Shown: in pieces, positions 58,026-64,000 of the stretch
Layout of the letters: each line of letters opens with the position of its first letter
Numbering within the stretch: position 1 is the stretch's first letter
NCBI GenBank assembly: GCA_965261545.1
Contig: CBDHDF010000011.1
Coordinates: forward strand, 448,001-512,000
Direction: 5' to 3'
Source of the DNA: Bdellovibrionales bacterium
GTDB taxonomy: Bacteria; Bdellovibrionota; Bdellovibrionia; Bdellovibrionales; UBA1609
DNA length: 64,000 nucleotides
Position numbers and translations under genes: made by a program
Notes under the pieces: model-generated
Told to the model about the DNA's origin: nothing
Seen by the model: only the letters and a program-made list of their open reading frames with translations
Database searches by the model: none

Positions 58026-59954
58026 TTGCACATGGCTAGAAAAAGAATGAGTCATAGGGAAATGAAAAAACTTGTTTTTAAAGTTGTTGATGACTGTAAA
58101 AGACTTGCTGACAATCATGTTAAAAACTGGAAGCCCACCAATAAGAGTTGGTCCACCATTGAGGGAGCCGTGTATCTGAGACTTTCCGACAATGCCCAAG
58201 TGGCTGTGGAAAGGGGTTCTCTGGAACAACAAATTCACATTGCCGTCTCAGAAGCCCAATATCGTTCGGAACAGGAAAAGATCAACTACAAGATCAGCGA
58301 GTTTTATATTGAACCCGGAGTCACAGGAACCCATGACAATCGGCCCGAGTTTATAAGGTTGCAGCAGAATATTCTCCTTAAGACCCATCAATTTATTATC
58401 TTCAAGGAAATTTCCCGACTGGTGCGAGACCTGGAAATCTGGAAGCGATTTTTCAAGCTCTGCCAAAACCATGATTGTGAAATTTGTCTGCGTGGCCTTC
58501 CATTTAATCCCAATGATCCGGCTTCCATTTTGCAGTTAGATCAACTGGCGGCCTATGCTGAGTTTGAATCACGCACCACTTCCAAGCGCATCAGAGAAAG
58601 CAATCATTCCGCCCTTATCACTTCTGGGAAATTCAATGGAGATTACCCTTTGCTTGGTTTTGACCTTGTGACCAATGAACACGGGGAGGGAACGGGGGTT
58701 TACAAACCCAACCCCAAGGAACTCAAGCAAGTGGAGTGGGTCATGACTTCTTTTCTTCAGGTGGATAAGTATGGAACCCTTCTCAATATATGCAAAGAAC
58801 AAGGTATTCAAAACAAGCACGGAAAACCCTTGAGTCGAAATAGCCTCAAGGCTCTGCTTACCAACCCTCGCTATGTGGGCAAGTGGTATCGCAACCCCCA
58901 TAGTAAGGATAAAAGGCAAGACAAGCTTATGCCCTACGACCGTTATATGGAGGTGAGTTTTGATTATGGCTGTGTCATCAATGAGAGGCTTTGGAGCCAA
59001 GTGCAAGAGAAGGTGCGCAGCATGGACCAGTCACGGGCCAAGGGAGTGAAAAGGTGCTACCCTCTTTCGGGGCTTCTTTTTTTAGAGGATGGTACCCATT
59101 TTATAGGGACTGGTGCCTGGGGGCGTCAATACAAGGCCACTTATTATTACAATGTCTCCCACAAGCTTCGAATACCCACAAAGATTTTTGAGAAGGAAGC
59201 TGAGAAAATGTTATGTCATGTCAAAAATCACTCCAAGGAGTTCCAAGGGGCTCTTGTGAAGCTTACCCAAAAAAAGGATAGCACTTTGGAGAGGATCAAG
59301 GATAAGATGCAAAACATTGAAGAGCAGTTTAAGAAACTTGCCACCCAAAGGGAGCAGCTCGATAAGCGGCTGAACTTCCTCTTGGCGGATGATAGCCATG
59401 GTCGTGGAGGCGGTGGAAGTGAAGGCGATAGTGGTAGTGGTGGCAGTGACGGCTGTAGTAATAGTGGCAGCAGTGGCAATGATGGTAGTCACGGCAATGG
59501 AGACCCTAGCAGTGATGGCCGTGGTGGTAGTGATAGTAGTGATCGCACTACTGGCAATGATGAAAATATGGAAATGGCTCTCGCCTTCAAAGGCGAATAC
59601 AAAAAACAATTTGTGAAGCTAAGAGACCAAGAGCAAGAACTCAACCATCAGAGAGAGAAGATGCGACGGATCCAAGCTCAATTCACAACACCTCTCCCCC
59701 AAAAAGAAGAAGAAAGGCAGAAGTTGGTGAATGACGCTCTCCAGCATGTCCAGAAAAAGGACCTTGTCGCCCTGAGAGCCATTTATCGAAAATTTTTTGA
59801 GAAGATCATCGTAAAACCCTTGGATAGCTCCAGGGTTCAACTGCAATTTGTCTTCAAAGACTCGTCCTCGACCCTTTTTCGCAGGGTTGAGGACGCATTC
59901 TGCATATCGGTTGGAATGGTGGAGGCAACAGGGATCGAACCTGCGACCTCTTGA
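58026..59954 (+). CDS. large serine recombinase (integrase) of element C
   Basis: YLRLS, E.GVTG...RPEF, ISRLVRD, AEFES, LLGF, NPRYVG, YPLSGLL and a coiled coil. Ends antisense within the tRNA (VEATGIEPATS). Confidence 0.92.
   Translation: MHMARKRMSHREMKKLVFKVVDDCKRLADNHVKNWKPTNKSWSTIEGAVYLRLSDNAQVAVERGSLEQQIHIAVSEAQYRSEQEKINYKISEFYIEPGVTGTHDNRPEFIRLQQNILLKTHQFIIFKEISRLVRDLEIWKRFFKLCQNHDCEICLRGLPFNPNDPASILQLDQLAAYAEFESRTTSKRIRESNHSALITSGKFNGDYPLLGFDLVTNEHGEGTGVYKPNPKELKQVEWVMTSFLQVDKYGTLLNICKEQGIQNKHGKPLSRNSLKALLTNPRYVGKWYRNPHSKDKRQDKLMPYDRYMEVSFDYGCVINERLWSQVQEKVRSMDQSRAKGVKRCYPLSGLLFLEDGTHFIGTGAWGRQYKATYYYNVSHKLRIPTKIFEKEAEKMLCHVKNHSKEFQGALVKLTQKKDSTLERIKDKMQNIEEQFKKLATQREQLDKRLNFLLADDSHGRGGGGSEGDSGSGGSDGCSNSGSSGNDGSHGNGDPSSDGRGGSDSSDRTTGNDENMEMALAFKGEYKKQFVKLRDQEQELNHQREKMRRIQAQFTTPLPQKEEERQKLVNDALQHVQKKDLVALRAIYRKFFEKIIVKPLDSSRVQLQFVFKDSSSTLFRRVEDAFCISVGMVEATGIEPATS
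59897..59923. other. right att site of element C
   Basis: ATTCTGCATATCGGTTGG arm plus the TGGTGGA core overlapping the tRNA 3' end. Confidence 0.85.
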
Positions 59955-59992
59955 ATGCAAATCAAGTGCTCTACCAACTGAGCTATGCCCCC
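59917..59992 (-). tRNA. tRNA-Ala(TGC)
   Basis: 76 nt, GGGGGCATAGCTCAGTTGGTAGAGC...TTTGCAT...GTTCGATCC...CTCCACCA. G3:U70 pair and encoded CCA. Confidence 0.97.
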
Positions 59993-60714
59993 ATGCAAAC
60001 CGCAACAAAACGGATAGTTCAATAGCTTAGATGTTTCTGCGTAGAAAATCGCAAGGCTAAGCAAAGGCTTACTTATTTCATGTTCGTGGTGATAACAAGC
60101 GATTGCGCATAGTGTAATTTCTTTTTGAAGAGTTTTTGGCTTTTTTTTTTGACTTCCTTTCTCTCCATGAGTTTAAGTTAATTTCTAAGTAATTATTCAG
60201 GGGGTGTTATTTTAAGTGTTAAGACTCTCTTAATTTTTGATCGGACGCCTTTTGGATACACCTACTTGCACTCAAGTCGAAAATAGAAGGGTTTGACTGT
60301 TTAAGCGTACCCCTCTGAATAATTAAATTTCTAAAAGTATAAATTAAGAACTCGACTTGGTTTATTACTCAAAAAGAAAAAGAATAGGAACGAAATTTAT
60401 ACCTTTAAAAATTTATTGACCTTTCAGATAATCAATGTTAGGACTTTTATTGGTTGTGACTTTTGGATGAAAGTAAAAAGAGAGCAAAAATAAAGAACAT
60501 AAAGAATAAAGAGGCTGGGGGGAAGTATTTTTGTAACAGCTCACATCGTTATTGGTTTCATAGGAAAACCTATGGTTTGCGGTCTTACACTTTTCCTTTT
60601 GTTAGAGGGCAGGGGTGGTGGTTACAGGTTTTTCTTAGGCCTCGAACGAATACTTGACTTAATGCTTTCAGTTAATACTCACTATATTTCAATTAAAACT
60701 CATCACATACGAAG

Positions 60715-60751
60715 TGAGATCTATGGAGCGGCTTGTGCTCCATAGATCTCA
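60715..60751. repeat. 15-bp perfect-stem hairpin
   Basis: TGAGATCTATGGAGC-N7-GCTCCATAGATCTCA. Confidence 0.7.
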
Positions 60752-60860
60752 TAGGTAAGCTTAGGGGGCACCAGCTTTATTCTATATTCTCTTACTAAAA
60801 GAGAGAAACGGGTAAAACGGGTAGGTAAGCTACAGCGTAATAAATTAAATAGAGGGATGT

Positions 60861-62021
60861 ATGGGGCTTCTGAGACCTTTTTTTCGAAATTTTTCTGTTT
60901 TAATCTTTGCTTGGGCGTTAATGACCACGGGCTCTTTAGCGTCAGACGAAAATATCACCAGCTTGCCACCTTCAACCGGCTCTCTTAATGTTATCAACTA
61001 TAATTTATGGCATGATATTGGTCAGGGTATTTTCAAGCGAAAGGGGCTTGATCCACCCAACCATAAAAAACAACGCTTTCAAACTCAGCTTAAAGAGTTG
61101 GAAGAGGCTCGTCCTGATATTTTATTTTTACAAGAACTGAATCCAATTTCATCTTTCTCGAAAAAAATAGCTCAAAAGTTGGGCATGTTTGGTATTTATC
61201 ATGTTACAAACTGTGGAATCTCTGTTTTAGGCTTAGGAATTCCCACTAATTTAAGTATGGGAATTGCTATTCTTGTACGTCCGCCTTTCCAAATTAAAAA
61301 AATCAAGGGATTCAAGCTTAGTGGTCCCTTCGGGTTTTGTCATAATCCTCTTTTTACATTTCAATATGATGAATTTAGGTATGGACTTTTTGCTATGGCA
61401 AGTCATCCAGACTATGGTTCCATGTTGCTAGTGAATACTCACTTTCACCATGGCGTAAAGTGGAGCCCTCAAGTTCGTGAAAAACTTAACACATGGGAAA
61501 GCAATGAAGTTCTTACGAGTGCACAAAGAGTAGAGATCGAAGAAACCATTGATGACTCCAACCTAAGAAGAATGCAGGAGTTACAAAATCTTTTCAATAA
61601 AGTTGAACAACTTCAGAAAGATAATCCGCTTCCTCTTATTTTAGCCGGAGATTTCAATTTCACTGTCCATTCTCTTATTTATAAAGAACTTATTGAAACC
61701 TATCAGCTTCGAAACACTATGTCTACCTACTTTCCCCGTCCGTACACATGGGATCCCTTAAAAAATAAAAAAAATCACCAATATACATCGCTTTTTGGTT
61801 TTTCGGTATCTACCTTTGACATCAAGGAAGTGCAAGATTTCTTTAGGAAATATAATGGGCGCCCAAGACGAATTGATTATATTTTTCTTAGTTCTCAATT
61901 TGAAGAAGTTATCTCCAGTGCTCTTTTTGGCCATAAACCAAGTCTTGATGGCATTATAGGATCCGATCATTTTGAAGTTATTTCAAATCTACATCTAAAA
62001 AAAATAAGTAGAAGTGTATAA
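60861..62021 (+). CDS. secreted endonuclease/exonuclease/phosphatase family protein
   Basis: Signal peptide, NYNL, DILFLQE, NTH, AGDFN, RIDYIF, SDH. Confidence 0.88.
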   Translation: MGLLRPFFRNFSVLIFAWALMTTGSLASDENITSLPPSTGSLNVINYNLWHDIGQGIFKRKGLDPPNHKKQRFQTQLKELEEARPDILFLQELNPISSFSKKIAQKLGMFGIYHVTNCGISVLGLGIPTNLSMGIAILVRPPFQIKKIKGFKLSGPFGFCHNPLFTFQYDEFRYGLFAMASHPDYGSMLLVNTHFHHGVKWSPQVREKLNTWESNEVLTSAQRVEIEETIDDSNLRRMQELQNLFNKVEQLQKDNPLPLILAGDFNFTVHSLIYKELIETYQLRNTMSTYFPRPYTWDPLKNKKNHQYTSLFGFSVSTFDIKEVQDFFRKYNGRPRRIDYIFLSSQFEEVISSALFGHKPSLDGIIGSDHFEVISNLHLKKISRSV

Positions 62022-62179
62022 CAGCATTAGCATATATATGTATGAGAACACGATAAAGCATATGTATGATAGGGTAGGGATAAAAAAGAATCAATGAAAA
62101 AAAGATATGAAATTATGAATGTTCAAAGAGAAATTGATATACATGAGATATATCTATATGGATCTTATAGGAGTGTTTC

Positions 62180-64000
62180 ATGATAAGTTTAGGGGAACAT
62201 TTTAAAGAAGAATTCTCAAATATTATTCAAGAGCGTGGGAAAATTTATCTTAAAGAAAAAAAGATAAAAATTATTGCTCGTGATAATAACTCTATTGTTT
62301 TCGATGTTCATGGCACACAAGAAAACTATACTTGTTATATAGATTGGAAAAAAAATGAAAAGGAACAAGTGCTTTCAGTTTCTTGCCCTTGCCCTCATTA
62401 CAAACAAGGCTATAACTGTAAGCACCTTTGGGCCAGCATACTTTATGGCGATGAAAAGAGAGTTTGGAATAACAACATCACTGGTTCACGTCCCATTTAT
62501 CTCTTGAGAGATAATGAATCTTATAAATTGAAAAATGAGTCTATTCAGAGTGAACCTAGTAATTACAAAACTAAACTTTCCCATGAGGGCCATGAAGATT
62601 ATAAAGGTCAAGAACTACAGTACCTTCCCATCGCAAAAGTTCATCAGATATCCGAACAAGAACCAAAGCCATGGAAACAATGGGCTCAGAGTTTATCTCA
62701 ATCTTCTCTTTCACTCAACAAACAAAGATCCAAATCTTTCCAAGCTTACTACATCATAGATTCTTCAAGCTCTTCAGATTCTTCTCAAAACACATATGAA
62801 TATAAGGTTCCGATCAAGCTTTACTTCCAAGAAGTGGGAAAAGATATGGAAAGTGCCCCTATAAAACTGGGGATTTCTGAGCAAGAGGTTCCCCTTTTTA
62901 AAGATTTCCAAGATAGAGAAATCCTCAAAGTCTTATTTTCATTACTAAAAGAAAACCCCTCAGACTATGGAGACATACCTCCTATTTCGATGGTATTTAT
63001 ACCTCAGAACTTTCAAAATTTACTTCTTTCAAAGATGGTAAGCACTGGACGTCTCTTTTTGGGATCTCTCCATACAGAGCAAGGAAGTTTTTCTACCCCT
63101 CTTAAGCACCAAGAGTCTGTAGGTTCACTATCTGTCGAAGTCATAGAAGTTCCTAGTGGATATCAGGTTACCGGCAAGCTCAATCATCCCATTGAAGAAA
63201 AAGAGTGGGATGTCACAGAGGTTCCTCTTATTACCAAAGAAGGAATCTATGCCACAAATACACATATTGGCCATTTGGATGCTAAGTACTACGATTGGCT
63301 TCAGTTTTTGAGGAGTTTAAAAGGTGAGACCATTACTAAAGATGAGGGGGGCTTTCTTGTTATGACTCTTTCGGCCATTGCTGAGACTCCTCCTATTCAG
63401 TGGCCTGAATCTTTAAAGTGGCGTAAAATTTCTATTCGCCCTCAACCGAAGGTTATCATAGATTATCCAAGCCATGGCTTTTATACAGGTCTATGTGCAC
63501 AAGTAAGATATATGTACGAAGATAAAGATATTGGTCTTCGAATAAAAAATAAATATGTTACAAATGAAGAAAAGAGGATTTTATATCTAAGAGATACATC
63601 CTCTGAAAATGAATATTTACAACAATTGATAGAGTGTGGATTCTCAGATACTCCTCCCTACCTAAGCGATTATGATTTTTGTCTTTCTCAGAGTCAATTT
63701 CTTCCGGCTATTGAAGAGCTAATTGCCAAAGGCTGGGAAGTAGAAGCCTATGGGAGAAAAGTCAAAACAGCCCAGAAATTTAACTTGTCAGTTTCATCTG
63801 GTATAAACTGGTTTGACTTAGATGCCGAAATTGATTTTAACAGTTCTGATTCTAACACATTGTCAGTCACTCTCCCATCTATTCTTGCATCTCTTAAAGC
63901 CGGCCATAAACTTATACCTCTAGGCTCACAAGAGTTTGGTATGATACCTGAGGAATGGCTTGAGAAGTACGTAAAACTTGCAAATATGGGAGAGAGACAT
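62180..64000 (+). CDS. SWIM zinc-finger protein, probably the N-terminal part of a SNF2 helicase (3'-truncated)
   Basis: Manual translation MISLGEHF... after AGGAG. CPCPHYKQGYNCKH SWIM motif, later SSGINWFDL. Runs off the window. Confidence 0.7.
   Translation, partial: MISLGEHFKEEFSNIIQERGKIYLKEKKIKIIARDNNSIVFDVHGTQENYTCYIDWKKNEKEQVLSVSCPCPHYKQGYNCKHLWASILYGDEKRVWNNNITGSRPIYLLRDNESYKLKNESIQSEPSNYKTKLSHEGHEDYKGQELQYLPIAKVHQISEQEPKPWKQWAQSLSQSSLSLNKQRSKSFQAYYIIDSSSSSDSSQNTYEYKVPIKLYFQEVGKDMESAPIKLGISEQEVPLFKDFQDREILKVLFSLLKENPSDYGDIPPISMVFIPQNFQNLLLSKMVSTGRLFLGSLHTEQGSFSTPLKHQESVGSLSVEVIEVPSGYQVTGKLNHPIEEKEWDVTEVPLITKEGIYATNTHIGHLDAKYYDWLQFLRSLKGETITKDEGGFLVMTLSAIAETPPIQWPESLKWRKISIRPQPKVIIDYPSHGFYTGLCAQVRYMYEDKDIGLRIKNKYVTNEEKRILYLRDTSSENEYLQQLIECGFSDTPPYLSDYDFCLSQSQFLPAIEELIAKGWEVEAYGRKVKTAQKFNLSVSSGINWFDLDAEIDFNSSDSNTLSVTLPSILASLKAGHKLIPLGSQEFGMIPEEWLEKYVKLANMGERH

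Larger units (their letters stand above)
22062..59923. mobile_element. element C: integrative conjugative element in tRNA-Ala
   Basis: TGGTGGA direct cores and 18-bp inverted arms (22074-22091 / 59897-59914). Contains an LSR, T4SS, FtsK-type coupling protein and relaxase. Confidence 0.9.

Noticed and set aside
54837..59954. Prophage (integrase, Xre genes, Mom-like gene)
   Set aside because: No terminase, capsid, tail or lysis genes were seen, and the T4SS plus relaxase indicate an ICE.
59619..60064. ORFs overlapping the tRNA
   Set aside because: They are incidental frames across the tRNA and integrase end.

Overview
The window is a tandem array of three integrated elements at the 3' end of a tRNA-Ala(TGC) gene (59917-59992, minus strand), followed by about 4 kb of probable core chromosome. 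The 7-bp core TGGTGGA (complement of the tRNA end TCCACCA) marks the junctions at 9267, 22062 and 59917. Element A (<1-9273) carries the end of a Zorya-like locus (ZorC/ZorD), an RloC-like anticodon nuclease and a large serine recombinase (LSR). Element B (9267-22068) is a decayed relative of C. It carries Hachiman and a Cap4-like nuclease-STAND-TPR gene, and an IS91/ISCR element sits where its transfer and integrase genes would be. Element C (22062-59923, about 38 kb) is an apparently complete ICE with an Avs-like STAND nuclease, a VirB2/3/4/5/6/8/9/10-like T4SS, an FtsK-type coupling protein, a Replic_Relax relaxase, a Mom-like DNA-modification enzyme and an LSR. Two observations stand out. 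(1) A compact operon encoding a sigma54 response regulator, a small secreted protein, a peptide-binding protein, a YcaO and a histidine kinase sits back-to-back with a UAS/IHF/sigma54 promoter that points into the transfer genes. It is a candidate YcaO-modified-peptide signalling system controlling conjugation. (2) The att core lies inside the integrase reading frame, so excision would fuse the 642-aa LSR in frame to a left-end DNA-binding ORF, giving about 835 aa. All protein calls come from motif recognition by eye with no database searches. A Bdellovibrionota-like host is a weak inference.
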